Source: Gaiellaceae bacterium
GTDB taxonomy: Bacteria; Actinomycetota; Thermoleophilia; Gaiellales; Gaiellaceae
Direction: 5' to 3'
Assembly (NCBI GenBank): GCA_045806045.1
Contig: JBJMKB010000087.1
Span: forward strand, 12,277 to 76,276
Length of the DNA stretch: 64,000 bases
Part shown: positions 51,591 through 60,954 of the stretch, one piece after another
Layout: every line of letters begins with the position of its first letter
How positions within the stretch are numbered: position 1 is the first letter of the stretch
Program-made: the position numbers and the translations under genes
Notes under the pieces: generated by a model
The model's database searches: none
Seen by the model: the letters and a program-made list of their open reading frames with translations, nothing else
Told to the model about the DNA's origin: nothing

Positions 51591-54137
51591 ATGGCGATGA
51601 CGACGAACGAGCTGCGCGAAGCGTTTGCCCGCTTCTACGAAGAACGCGGTCATCTGCGCGTCCCCGGGCACTCGCTCATCCCTCCTGCCGACGACCCGAC
51701 GACGCTCTTCATCATCGCGGGCATGCAGCAGTTCAAGCCGTACTTCCTGCGCACGACGGAGCCGCCGCGCGATCGTGTGGTGAGCGTGCAGCCGTGTCTC
51801 CGCGCGGGCGGAAAGGACTCCGATCTCGACGAGGTCGGTCGCACCGACCGGCACTGCTCGTTCTTCGAGATGCTCGGAAACTTCTCGTTCGGCGACTACT
51901 TCAAGGACGAGGCCGTCGACTACGCGTGGGAGTTCGTCACGCAGGTGATGGGTCTCGACCACGAGGGTCTGTGGGCGACCGTGCACGAAGGCGACCCACT
52001 GCTCGAGCTCGACGAGGACACGGTCGCGATCGAGGCGTGGAAGCGCGTCGGGATCCCCGTCGAGCGGATCGTGCGGCTCGGCAAGGACAACTTCTGGCAG
52101 GCCGGCGACATCGGCCCGTGCGGGCAGTGCTCGGAGATCTTCTACGACCGCGGCGAGGCCTACGCCTGCGGCGATCTCGCGTGCGGCCCGGGTCACTGCG
52201 ACCGCTACATGGAGATCTACAACCTGGTCTTCATGGAGTACGACCTACAGCCGGGCAACGTCCTGACCCGGCTGCCGAATCAGAACGTGGACACAGGTCT
52301 CGGCCTGGAGCGCACGTCGTGCGTGCTGCAAGGCGTCGACTCGGTGTTCGACACAGACGGATTCCGGCTGATCATGGATTGGGTCGAACGCGAATCGGGC
52401 GTTCCGTACGAGCAGGACGACGTCTCGCGGCGCGCGCACCGCGTGCTCGCCGATCACAGCCGCGCTGTCAGCTTCCTGATCGCCGAGGGCGTCGTGCCGT
52501 CGAACGAGGGGCGCGGCTACATCTGCCGGCGCCTCCTGCGACGCGCGATCCAGCAGGCGAACCGCATCGGGCTCAAGGGCGTCCACCGCCTGCCCGCGAT
52601 CGTCGTCGAGCAGATGGGGGACGCGTACCCGATCCTGCGCGAGCACGCAGCCGAGATCGATCGCGTCGTGCGCGCGGAGGAGGAGCGGTTCACCGAGACG
52701 CTCGAGCGTGGGATGAAGATCTTCGACGAGCTCGCGGGCCAGCCGGCCATCACCGCGGACGAGGCGTTCACGCTCGTCGCGACGTACGGCTTCCCGATCG
52801 AGCTCACGGTCGAGCTCGCGGAGGAGCGCGGCCAGGCGGTCGACGTCGACGGGTTCTGGCAGCTGATGGAGCAGCATCGCGAGGTCTCGCGCGCGAGCGG
52901 CGAGAGCACGGTGCAGCAGATCGCGGCGCAGCTCGTCGGTGCCGGCGTCCGGGCGAGCGAGTTCGTGGGCTACTCGAAGACGAGGGCCCTGACCGCGGTG
53001 GTCGAGGCCGCCCCGCTCGACGACGGCCGACAGCTCGTGAAGCTCGAGCAGTCGCCCTTCTACGCCGCGAGCGGCGGGCAGGTGAGCGACAACGGCTACA
53101 TCTCCGTCGACGGCGAGGACCACCGCTTCGAGGTCGACGACGTGCTCAAGTTCGGCGACGACCAGGTGGTGGTGGTCGAGCTCGGCGGACACGAGCCGCT
53201 CGCCGCCGGCACGCGCGTGGAGGCGGTCGTCAACTGGTCCGATCGCCATCCGACGATGGCCAACCACACGGCGACGCACCTCCTGCACCAAGCGCTGCGC
53301 GACGTCCTCGGCGACCACGTCAAGCAGGCGGGGTCCGCCGTGCGCCCCGACAAGCTGCGCTTCGACTTCACGCACGACAAGCAGCTGACGCCGGAGCAGC
53401 GGGGCGCGGTGGAGCGGATCGTGAACGAGAAGGTCTTCGAGGCGATCCCGGTGCGGACGTTCGTGACGCCGATCGAAGAGGCACGCAAGCTGGGCGCGAT
53501 GATGCTCTTCGGCGAGAAGTACGGCGAGGAGGTGCGCGTCGTCGAGATCGGCGATTACTCGACCGAGCTCTGCGGCGGGACGCACGTCCGCTCGACGGCC
53601 GAGATCGGGCCGTTCGTGATCGCGAGCGAGGGGTCCGTCGGCTCGGGCGCGCGCCGGATCGAGGCGGTCACCTCGGGCAGCGCATGGTCGGTTCTCGAGG
53701 GGAGCAGGAAGGAGCTCGAGGCCGTCCGCGAGGAGCTCGAACAGGTGCGGCGCGCCGCGAAGACGCGCAAGCCGGCGGACGACGACAACCGGCCCGACAT
53801 CGTCTGGCAGGACAAGCAGGGAGCGGTCTTCGTCGCCGAGGTGAAGGGCGTGCGCGGCGCCGCGCTCCGCGATCTCTCCGACCAGCTGCGTCAGCGCGAG
53901 GGCGCGCAGGCGGTCGTGCTCGCCTCGACCGACGACGGCAAGGTGGCGCTGGTCGTGAACCTCGACAACTCGCTCGCCGGCCTCGACGCGGTGGCGATCG
54001 TCCGCGAGCTCGGGCCGATCATCGGCGGCGGGGGCGGCGGACGCCCGACGCTCGCGGAGGCCGGCGGCAAGAACGTCGACGGCGTCCGCGACGCACTGCA
54101 CGCCGGACGCGACAGGCTCACCGCCGCCATTACGTGA
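51591..54137 (+). CDS. alaS: alanine--tRNA ligase
   Basis: 848 aa from ATG 51591; FARFYEERGH, editing-domain HxxxH (HTATHLLH), C-terminal DHHA1-like GGGGGGRP. Confidence 0.95.
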   Translation: MAMTTNELREAFARFYEERGHLRVPGHSLIPPADDPTTLFIIAGMQQFKPYFLRTTEPPRDRVVSVQPCLRAGGKDSDLDEVGRTDRHCSFFEMLGNFSFGDYFKDEAVDYAWEFVTQVMGLDHEGLWATVHEGDPLLELDEDTVAIEAWKRVGIPVERIVRLGKDNFWQAGDIGPCGQCSEIFYDRGEAYACGDLACGPGHCDRYMEIYNLVFMEYDLQPGNVLTRLPNQNVDTGLGLERTSCVLQGVDSVFDTDGFRLIMDWVERESGVPYEQDDVSRRAHRVLADHSRAVSFLIAEGVVPSNEGRGYICRRLLRRAIQQANRIGLKGVHRLPAIVVEQMGDAYPILREHAAEIDRVVRAEEERFTETLERGMKIFDELAGQPAITADEAFTLVATYGFPIELTVELAEERGQAVDVDGFWQLMEQHREVSRASGESTVQQIAAQLVGAGVRASEFVGYSKTRALTAVVEAAPLDDGRQLVKLEQSPFYAASGGQVSDNGYISVDGEDHRFEVDDVLKFGDDQVVVVELGGHEPLAAGTRVEAVVNWSDRHPTMANHTATHLLHQALRDVLGDHVKQAGSAVRPDKLRFDFTHDKQLTPEQRGAVERIVNEKVFEAIPVRTFVTPIEEARKLGAMMLFGEKYGEEVRVVEIGDYSTELCGGTHVRSTAEIGPFVIASEGSVGSGARRIEAVTSGSAWSVLEGSRKELEAVREELEQVRRAAKTRKPADDDNRPDIVWQDKQGAVFVAEVKGVRGAALRDLSDQLRQREGAQAVVLASTDDGKVALVVNLDNSLAGLDAVAIVRELGPIIGGGGGGRPTLAEAGGKNVDGVRDALHAGRDRLTAAIT

Positions 54138-54508
54138 AGGTGCTCGCGCTCGATTTCGGCTCCGCGCGCACGGGTGTCGCGGTCTCCGATCCCACGGGAA
54201 CGGTCGCGCGGCCGGTCACGACGGTCGAACGCGCGGCGAGCGACGCCGGCTTTGCAAAGCTGCTGGCGGTGATCGCCGCCGAGGAGCCAGAGGCCGTGGT
54301 CGTCGGCATGCCGCTGACGCTTCGCGGCGAGCACGGCGAACAGGCGCGGGAAACGGCGGCGTTCGTGGAGCGGCTGCGCGAGGCCCTCCACGTGCCGGTG
54401 GAGACCTACGACGAGCGCTTCACCTCCGTCCTCGCGGCCGGTGACGACGCGCTTGCTGCCGCGCATCTCCTCACGACCTATCTGGCATGGCAGAGCGCCC
54501 GCCGCTGA
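54134..54508 (+). CDS. ruvX: YqgF/RuvX putative pre-16S rRNA nuclease
   Basis: 124 aa; VLALDFGSARTGVAVSD N-terminus; GTGA overlap with alaS. Confidence 0.9.
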   Translation: MKVLALDFGSARTGVAVSDPTGTVARPVTTVERAASDAGFAKLLAVIAAEEPEAVVVGMPLTLRGEHGEQARETAAFVERLREALHVPVETYDERFTSVLAAGDDALAAAHLLTTYLAWQSARR

Positions 54509-55401
54509 CGCCCGTCAGGCCGCCGCGCGGCCCGTCGCCCGAGCAGATCCGCCGGCGGCGCATCGCGGCGCTGGCCGCGGTCGTCGTTGCGCTCCTGCTC
54601 GTCGTCGTCGCCGTCGTTGTCGCGCTGCCGCACGTGCATAACAAGGCTGCCGCGCCGGTGGCGACGCAGCCGCCGCCTCCGAGGCCGTTCAAGATCGTCT
54701 TCCCGGAGGGCTTCACGCGCGCCCAGATGGCCGACCGCGTCGGCGTGGTGGCGAAGATCGCGCGGGGCAAGAGCCACAAGAGCGTGGCGCTGAACGCGAA
54801 GCAGTACGTGGCCACAACGCGCCGGGCCGCGCTGCCGTGCTTCGCGCGCCATCGGCAGGCGAACCCGGAGGGGTTTCTCTTCCCGGCGACGTACGACTTC
54901 CTGGCGACGACGACGTCGCGTCAGCTCGCCCAGGACCAGCTGAAGGCGTTCTGCGAGAACTGGTCCAAGGTCAACCTCTCGTACGCGAAGAAGAAGAACC
55001 TGACGCCGTACGACGTCCTGATCATCGCGTCGATGGTCGAGAAGGAAACGCTCGCCCCGGACGAGCGCCCGCTCGTCGCCGCCGTGATCTACAACCGGCT
55101 GCACGAGCGCATGCCGCTCGGAATCGACGCGACGCTGCGGTACGGCCTGCACATTCCGCCGACCGAGTCGATCCACCAGTCGCAGCTCGAGAGCAACAGC
55201 CCGTACAACTCACGCAAGCTGCCGGGGCTTCCGCCGACGCCGATCGCGAACCCGGGGCTCGCGTCGATCCAGGCCGCAGCGCACCCCGCACAGGTGAACT
55301 ATCTCTACTTCGTGCGCAAGCCCGACAAGCAGCACCACTTCTTCACCGCAAGCGCGTCCGCCTTCGCCGCCTACGAGTGCGCGCACGGATACGGCTGTTG
55401 A
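54487..55401 (+). CDS. mltG: endolytic murein transglycosylase MltG (YceG-like)
   Basis: 304 aa; N-terminal TM, catalytic region ASMVEKET and YNSRKLPGLPPTPIANPG. Confidence 0.9.
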   Translation: MAERPPLTPVRPPRGPSPEQIRRRRIAALAAVVVALLLVVVAVVVALPHVHNKAAAPVATQPPPPRPFKIVFPEGFTRAQMADRVGVVAKIARGKSHKSVALNAKQYVATTRRAALPCFARHRQANPEGFLFPATYDFLATTTSRQLAQDQLKAFCENWSKVNLSYAKKKNLTPYDVLIIASMVEKETLAPDERPLVAAVIYNRLHERMPLGIDATLRYGLHIPPTESIHQSQLESNSPYNSRKLPGLPPTPIANPGLASIQAAAHPAQVNYLYFVRKPDKQHHFFTASASAFAAYECAHGYGC

Positions 55402-56066
55402 CGCACGTCGCATTGATCGGCCACCCGGTCGCGCACTCGCTCTCGCCGCGGATGCAGAACGCGGCGTTCGCGGCGCGGGGGCTCGACTGGAGCTACGCCG
55501 CCTTCGACGTCGCGGATCCGGTTGCGGCGGTCGCTGCGCTGCGCACCCTCGGCTTCGCCGGCGCGAACGTCACGATCCCGCACAAGCAGGCGGTCGTCGC
55601 CGCATGTGACGAGGCGGAGGGCGACGCGGTGAACACGCTCGTGTTCCGCGACGGACGCGTGCTCGGCTTCAACACCGACAAGGAGATCCTCGCCGGGATC
55701 GAAGCGACGCGCGCGTGCCTGATCGGCGCGGGTGGTGCCGCCCGAACGCTCGCGCCGGCGCTTCCGGCCGATACCCGAGCCTACTCGCGCTCGGGGGAGT
55801 GGCCGCCCGATGCGACGGGGTGCGACCTGATCGTCAATGCGACCCCGGTCCGCGACGAGCTTCTCGTCGAGCCGCACGCCGGACAGACGGTCGTCGACCT
55901 CGCGTACGGACCCGAGGAGACCGCGCTCGTCGCCGCTGCGCGCGCCGCCGGCTGTGTGGTCGTCGACGGGCTCGAGGCGCTCGTGCGCCAGGGCGCCGCG
56001 AGCTTCCGGATCTGGACGGGGCTCGAGCCGCCACGCGACGCGATGCGGAACGCGGTCAGGCTCTAG
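55398..56066 (+). CDS. aroE: shikimate dehydrogenase (compact)
   Basis: IGHPVAHSLSPRMQN, NVTIPHK, NTD, GAGGAAR; TTG 55398 in TTGA overlap with mltG (start uncertain). Confidence 0.8.
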   Translation: MTHVALIGHPVAHSLSPRMQNAAFAARGLDWSYAAFDVADPVAAVAALRTLGFAGANVTIPHKQAVVAACDEAEGDAVNTLVFRDGRVLGFNTDKEILAGIEATRACLIGAGGAARTLAPALPADTRAYSRSGEWPPDATGCDLIVNATPVRDELLVEPHAGQTVVDLAYGPEETALVAAARAAGCVVVDGLEALVRQGAASFRIWTGLEPPRDAMRNAVRL

Positions 56067-57093
56067 TCCACGCCACGAGCGCGAGGAACGCGGCGAGCGC
56101 GAGCGCCGCTGCGATCGAGAGCGTGGTCGCCCAGCTTCGCCCATGCGGGGGTCCGGCGGCTGCCACCGGCGGCGGCGGCCGCTTCGCGCTCCGGTAGAGG
56201 TAGGTCGTCTCGTTGCTGCCGGTGGGGTCCGGGTTGCCGAGGAACGTCTCGTACTGGCGCGTGCGCGCCGTCTGCAGGGTCAGCCTGTTGGCGAGCGCCA
56301 GCAGCCGGCGGCCCGACAGCCGCGAGAGGTCGCCGAAGCCGAGCCGGTTCGACGGCCTGACCGTGAGGCGGACTGCGCCCACGGCCGGAACGACGAGGCG
56401 CCCGACGAGGGTCGCGCGGACGGCGCGCCCGCCGACCGTCCCTTCGACGACGAGCGGCGCGCGCACGACCACCTGGGCGGACTGTGGCTTCGAGGTGGCG
56501 TAGGCGTTGCCCGCGACGGGGGTACGTCCGGCAGCCAGGTCCCGCCGCAGTTGCCGGAGGTAGTCGATGAGACGGCCACGCGTCGCGTCGGCGGTATACG
56601 ACGTCACCGCGATGCGGGTCGCGTTGACGAGCGCCGTCCGGCCGTTCGCGACCTCGATCCGGAGCGGCAGCGACGAGGACACGGCGAGCGGATCGAGGCT
56701 GGCGCGTGCCACGAGCCGGCGGCGGCCCGGATCGAACCCGGCCCACAGGATCGAGCTCGCGCGCAGCCCCGGCGTCGCCTGCGAGCCCGCTGCGGCCTCG
56801 ACGTCGAGCACCGGTGCGCCGATCGTGAAGAAGTAGTCGCCCTTGACCCGCACGTCGAGGTGCTGGGTCGCCGTCACGGCAAAGGGCGCGCCGGCCGGAT
56901 CGAGCGAGACGACCACGCTCGTCCGCGCTGCGATGCGATGACGAATCCGCTCCGTCGTCGCCGTGGCGCCGCCGCCGAGCGGCGGGCTCGCCGAGAGCGG
57001 CGCGACCGGCGACGGCAGCGGCACGTAGCTCGTCGCTGCGTGCGCACCCGCGGCAATCACGAGCGCCGTTGCGGCCACCACGACGAGCTTCAT
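56056..57093 (-). CDS. secreted hypothetical protein with C-terminal membrane anchor
   Basis: 345 aa from ATG 57091-57093; signal peptide MKLVVVAATALVIAAGAHA, C-terminal TM LSIAAALALAAFLALVAW; ATGA overlap with the upstream binding-protein gene. Confidence 0.6.
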   Translation of the reverse strand: MKLVVVAATALVIAAGAHAATSYVPLPSPVAPLSASPPLGGGATATTERIRHRIAARTSVVVSLDPAGAPFAVTATQHLDVRVKGDYFFTIGAPVLDVEAAAGSQATPGLRASSILWAGFDPGRRRLVARASLDPLAVSSSLPLRIEVANGRTALVNATRIAVTSYTADATRGRLIDYLRQLRRDLAAGRTPVAGNAYATSKPQSAQVVVRAPLVVEGTVGGRAVRATLVGRLVVPAVGAVRLTVRPSNRLGFGDLSRLSGRRLLALANRLTLQTARTRQYETFLGNPDPTGSNETTYLYRSAKRPPPPVAAAGPPHGRSWATTLSIAAALALAAFLALVAWTRA

Positions 57094-58313
57094 CGCGTCT
57101 GGGGGAGCGTCGGCAGCGTCGCCGAGAGCGGATCGTCGCGCACCGGCGCGTAGGTCATGTCGTGGAACCGCGCGAAATAGACGTCGTCGTCGATCACGCC
57201 GTCGTGGTTGTGGCGGTTGAAGGCCCGCTCGTCGCCGTTCGCGCCCTCGGTGGTCACCTCGTTCAACGCCGCGGTCACCTTCGCATGCTCCGTCGAGCCG
57301 GCCCTCAGCAGCGCTGCAGCGAGCAGGTTGACGAAGTCGTATGCGTACATCGCCGTCTCCGGCGGCTCGACGACCGACGCACCGCCGCGCGTCTTTACGC
57401 CGACCTTGTCGACGCCGAACGCGCTCTCGTACTTCTGCTCGAACGCCTGGAACGGGCCGGTGCCGACCTCGGCCGTCAGGCGGCCGCCCGCGAACGTCAG
57501 CCCGTCGAGCCATGACGGGTGGTCGGCGAGCTGCTGCCGGACGAACGGGTCGGCTCCCGCGGGAGGCGTGAAGACCGGGACGTCCCAGCCGGCGGATCGC
57601 GCCGCGGTGAGGACCGCGGCGATCGTCGACGGGCGGCCCCAGACGAGCAGCGCGGTGGCGTGCGCGCGGCGCGCGCGCAGGACCTGCGGCCCGAGGTCGA
57701 GCGCGTCCGCCGGCAGTGCCTCGTCGAGCGCGATCGACGAGCGGTTGCGTGAGAAAGCGAGGTTCAGCGCTCGGCTGCCCGCGGCGCCGTAGTCGGAGTC
57801 GTCGTGCAGCAGCGCGACCTTCAGCTTCTTCGGGACGAGGTATTCGGCGAGGCGGAAGGCTATGCCGTGATCGGTCGGGGCGATCCGGAAGACGTTCGGC
57901 CGCGCGAGCGGGTCGGTCACCTGGTCGCCACCCTCGTAGACGACGCAGATCGGCACGTCGTGCGCGAAGCGCCAGGAGGCGTCGATCCCCGTGCCCTCGT
58001 CGACGATCGCGACCGCCGATTGCCCCACGGCACGCCGGACGTTGGCGACGGCGCGTGCGGGTGAGAGCGCCGTGTCCATCGTCCGGATGCGGAGCTCGTA
58101 CGTCCGATCTCCGATCCGCAACCCGTTCGCGTTGACCTCGTTCGCGGCGAGCCGGGCCCCGTTCTCGATCGTGCGCCCGAGGTAGGGCGAGCGAGAGAAC
58201 GGTGCGTTGACCACCACGGTCAGGGCAGCTCGTTGGGCTGGTGCGTGGCTGCCACAGGCCGTGAGCGCAAGGACGGCGGCCGGCACTGCGAGCGTACGGC
58301 GCACGGCGGGCAA
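57090..58313 (-). CDS. LivJ-like substrate-binding lipoprotein
   Basis: 407 aa; lipobox LTAC; type I periplasmic binding protein sequence; TTG start. Confidence 0.8.
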   Translation of the reverse strand: MPAVRRTLAVPAAVLALTACGSHAPAQRAALTVVVNAPFSRSPYLGRTIENGARLAANEVNANGLRIGDRTYELRIRTMDTALSPARAVANVRRAVGQSAVAIVDEGTGIDASWRFAHDVPICVVYEGGDQVTDPLARPNVFRIAPTDHGIAFRLAEYLVPKKLKVALLHDDSDYGAAGSRALNLAFSRNRSSIALDEALPADALDLGPQVLRARRAHATALLVWGRPSTIAAVLTAARSAGWDVPVFTPPAGADPFVRQQLADHPSWLDGLTFAGGRLTAEVGTGPFQAFEQKYESAFGVDKVGVKTRGGASVVEPPETAMYAYDFVNLLAAALLRAGSTEHAKVTAALNEVTTEGANGDERAFNRHNHDGVIDDDVYFARFHDMTYAPVRDDPLSATLPTLPQTR

Positions 58314-58314
58314 G

Positions 58315-60024
58315 CTACAGAGCCTGCCGTCCGAGGTAGGCGGTGCGCACGCGCTCGTCGGCGGCGACGGCGTCGGGTGAGCCGTCGGCGATCACGCGCC
58401 CGGCGTCGAGAACGATCACGCGGTCTGCGAGTTGCCGCACGAGGCCGAGGTTGTGCTCGACGAGCAGGATCGCCAATCCCTCGTCGCGCAGCGAGCGCAC
58501 GAGCGCCGCGACCCGCTCCGCCTCAGCGGGAGACGCGCCCGCCGTCGGCTCGTCGATGAGCAGCACCGGCGCCCCGGTCGCGTAGGCCGCCGCGAGCATC
58601 AGAGCGCGCTGATCGGTGACCGGGAGCTCGCCGGCGGGAACGCCGTGAGGGATGCCGAAGCGCTCGAGCAGTCGTCGCGCATGGCCGGTGAAGCGTGCGT
58701 CCTCGGCGCGCGCCTGCGGCGTCGCGAGCAGCGAGCGGACGAGCCCTGCACGGCGGCGTCGCGTGCCCGAGGCGACCAGCACGTGGTCGAGCGGCGTGAG
58801 CGTCGGAAAGATCGCCGTCGACTGCAGCGTGCGGGCCACGTGCGGCGCTTCGATGTGTCCGCCGTCGGGCGCGATCGTGCCGGCGAGCATGCGCAGCACC
58901 GTCGTCTTGCCGGAGCCATTCGGGCCGACGAGCGCGGTGATCCGGCCCGGTTCGGCGGAGACGGAGACGTCGTCGACGGCGACCACGCTCCCGAACGACT
59001 TCGCGAGCCCCGACGCCGCCAGCCTCCCGCCGGCACGCCGCGCGGCGGCTAGGCCGCCGTCCGCGCGCCGTTCCCGCCGTCCCGGCCGCACGATGCCGTC
59101 CCAGCCGAGCGAGACGACCCCGAGGAGCATCATCGCGGTCAGCAGCGTGTGCGCCCGAGCCGCTGCGACGTGCTCGAGCCGCCCTACGGCGTCGGCTGCC
59201 AGGGAGAGGATGCCGAGCACGAGCACACCCACCGGCGGCCCGAGCGGCGAGAGCGCCCCGCCGATCAGGACGACGACGAAGAGCTTGAACGAGAGGTACG
59301 GCCCGTACTGCGCCGGGTCGCCGATGCCGGCGAGCTGAACGGCGAGTGCTCCTGCGACGCCCGCCGCGACACCGGAAACGGCGACGGCCGCCGCGCGCAA
59401 CCGGACCACGGGAACGGCGAGCGCACGTGCCGCCGGCTCTCGCTCGCGCGCGGCCGCGAGCTGCAGCCCGATCGGGGAACGCGCGAGCGCGACGTACCCG
59501 AGCGCGGCCAGCCCGGTGAGAACGAGCGCGAGCTCGTAGTGCTGCGTGACGCTCGGCCCGCCCGTCACGACGACGCCCTGCGAGCCGCCGAGGAACCACG
59601 CGATCGACTGCAGCGCGAGCGCGACGAGCCAGGAGACGATCCACGTCGCGGCCGCAAACCCGGCGCGCGGCAGTCGCGCGAACGCGTAGCCGACGATCCA
59701 ACCGGCCACGCCGCCGACCGTGCCGCCCACGACGGCCACCGCCGCCGTCGGCCAGCCGGCGGAGAGGAGGTGCGCCGCGACCACGGCGCCGACGGCGACG
59801 AATGCACCCTGCGCGAGCGACGGCAGTCCCGCGACCCCGACCGCGAACGCGAGCCCGATCGCGGCGCACGCGAGGTACAGCCCGTCCGCCACGTCGGCCG
59901 TGCGCGCGTCGCCGAAGAAGAGCGGGCCGAGCGCGACGACCGCGAACGTCGCAACGGCGATCGTGCTGCGCTGTCGCCACGCCGCGCCAATCTCGCGCGC
60001 AGCATCCCCCAACGCGGCGATCAC
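58315..60024 (-). CDS. fused LivM-like permease / LivG-like ATPase
   Basis: 569 aa from GTG 60022-60024 (GTGA overlap with livH). N-terminal ~330 aa multi-TM permease, then Walker A GPNGSGKTT, Walker B LLIDEPTAG, H-loop VEHN. Remainder of the 1232-aa ORF is shadow. Confidence 0.8.
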   Translation of the reverse strand: MIAALGDAAREIGAAWRQRSTIAVATFAVVALGPLFFGDARTADVADGLYLACAAIGLAFAVGVAGLPSLAQGAFVAVGAVVAAHLLSAGWPTAAVAVVGGTVGGVAGWIVGYAFARLPRAGFAAATWIVSWLVALALQSIAWFLGGSQGVVVTGGPSVTQHYELALVLTGLAALGYVALARSPIGLQLAAAREREPAARALAVPVVRLRAAAVAVSGVAAGVAGALAVQLAGIGDPAQYGPYLSFKLFVVVLIGGALSPLGPPVGVLVLGILSLAADAVGRLEHVAAARAHTLLTAMMLLGVVSLGWDGIVRPGRRERRADGGLAAARRAGGRLAASGLAKSFGSVVAVDDVSVSAEPGRITALVGPNGSGKTTVLRMLAGTIAPDGGHIEAPHVARTLQSTAIFPTLTPLDHVLVASGTRRRRAGLVRSLLATPQARAEDARFTGHARRLLERFGIPHGVPAGELPVTDQRALMLAAAYATGAPVLLIDEPTAGASPAEAERVAALVRSLRDEGLAILLVEHNLGLVRQLADRVIVLDAGRVIADGSPDAVAADERVRTAYLGRQAL

Positions 60025-60929
60025 TCGAACGCCTCCGTCATCGAGCGGGCGCGCCATGCGAACAGCGCAAGGCCGATCGCCAGCGGGACGACGTCGCGGT
60101 ATGCCGGTCCGAGCTCCAGCGAGCCGACATGCGCCGATGTGACCGTCGCCTGGACGAGCCCCGTCGCAATGCCCGCCGCGAGCGCGCGGCGTGGGTCGAA
60201 CCAGACGACAACGGCGGCGAGAAGCCCGTACAGGCCATACCGCGCGGCGGCGTCGACGTCGAACGCCGCGGACGGCGCCGCGAGGATCGCCGCCAGTCCC
60301 GCCCACACGCCGGCGAGCGCGAACGCGAGCCCGACGAGGCGCGCGACCGGAAGACCGACGAGCACCGCTGCGTCGAAGTCCTGTGCGATCGCCTCCAGCG
60401 CACGGCCGAAGCGCGTCCGCTGCAGCAGGAGCCCTCCGGCCGCGGCGAGCGCGAGCGCGGCGGCCGCGACGAAGAGCGACCGCTCCTGGACCGTCGCGTC
60501 GCCGATCCGCCAGACGCCGAAGTGGAGCGGGTCGGGGAAGACGTAGGCCGGACGGTCGAAGAAGACGACGAGCAGTGTCCGGACGGCGAACGCGACCGCA
60601 AGCGACGCTCCAACCCAGCCGATGACGGACCCGCGCGCGCGGTAGGGCTCGATCGCGAGGTAGTACGCGCCGGCGCTCGCCGCCGCGGTCACGACCAGGC
60701 CGACCACGAGGGCGAGCACGAAGCGCGCACCGCCGACGCTCGTCTGCGACACCGGCCCGGATCCCGCGGCGACGAGAAGTGTCACAAAGACACCGAGGGC
60801 GATCAGCTCGCCGAAGGCGAAGTGGACGACGCCCGTCAGTCGGAATACGAGCGAGTGGCCGACCGCGACGAGTCCGTACACCGCCCCGGCCGCGAACCCG
60901 CTCGCGAGGATCTGGAGAGCGACGGCCAC
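60021..60929 (-). CDS. livH: LivH-like branched-chain amino acid ABC permease
   Basis: 302 aa from GTG 60927-60929; LQILASGFAAGAVYGLVAVGHSLVF family N-terminus. Confidence 0.8.
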   Translation of the reverse strand: MAVALQILASGFAAGAVYGLVAVGHSLVFRLTGVVHFAFGELIALGVFVTLLVAAGSGPVSQTSVGGARFVLALVVGLVVTAAASAGAYYLAIEPYRARGSVIGWVGASLAVAFAVRTLLVVFFDRPAYVFPDPLHFGVWRIGDATVQERSLFVAAAALALAAAGGLLLQRTRFGRALEAIAQDFDAAVLVGLPVARLVGLAFALAGVWAGLAAILAAPSAAFDVDAAARYGLYGLLAAVVVWFDPRRALAAGIATGLVQATVTSAHVGSLELGPAYRDVVPLAIGLALFAWRARSMTEAFE

Positions 60930-60937
60930 GACCGCGC

Positions 60938-60947
60938 ACTCTAGGCT
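60938..60947. promoter_or_regulatory. overlapping divergent -10-like boxes sharing a CTAG core (TAGGCT for aroC, TAGAGT for livH)
   Basis: Plus strand TAGGCT 60942-60947, 7 nt to ATG 60955. Minus strand TAGAGT (rc of 60938-60943), 8 nt to GTG 60929. Confidence 0.4.
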
Positions 60948-60954
60948 TCCCCGG

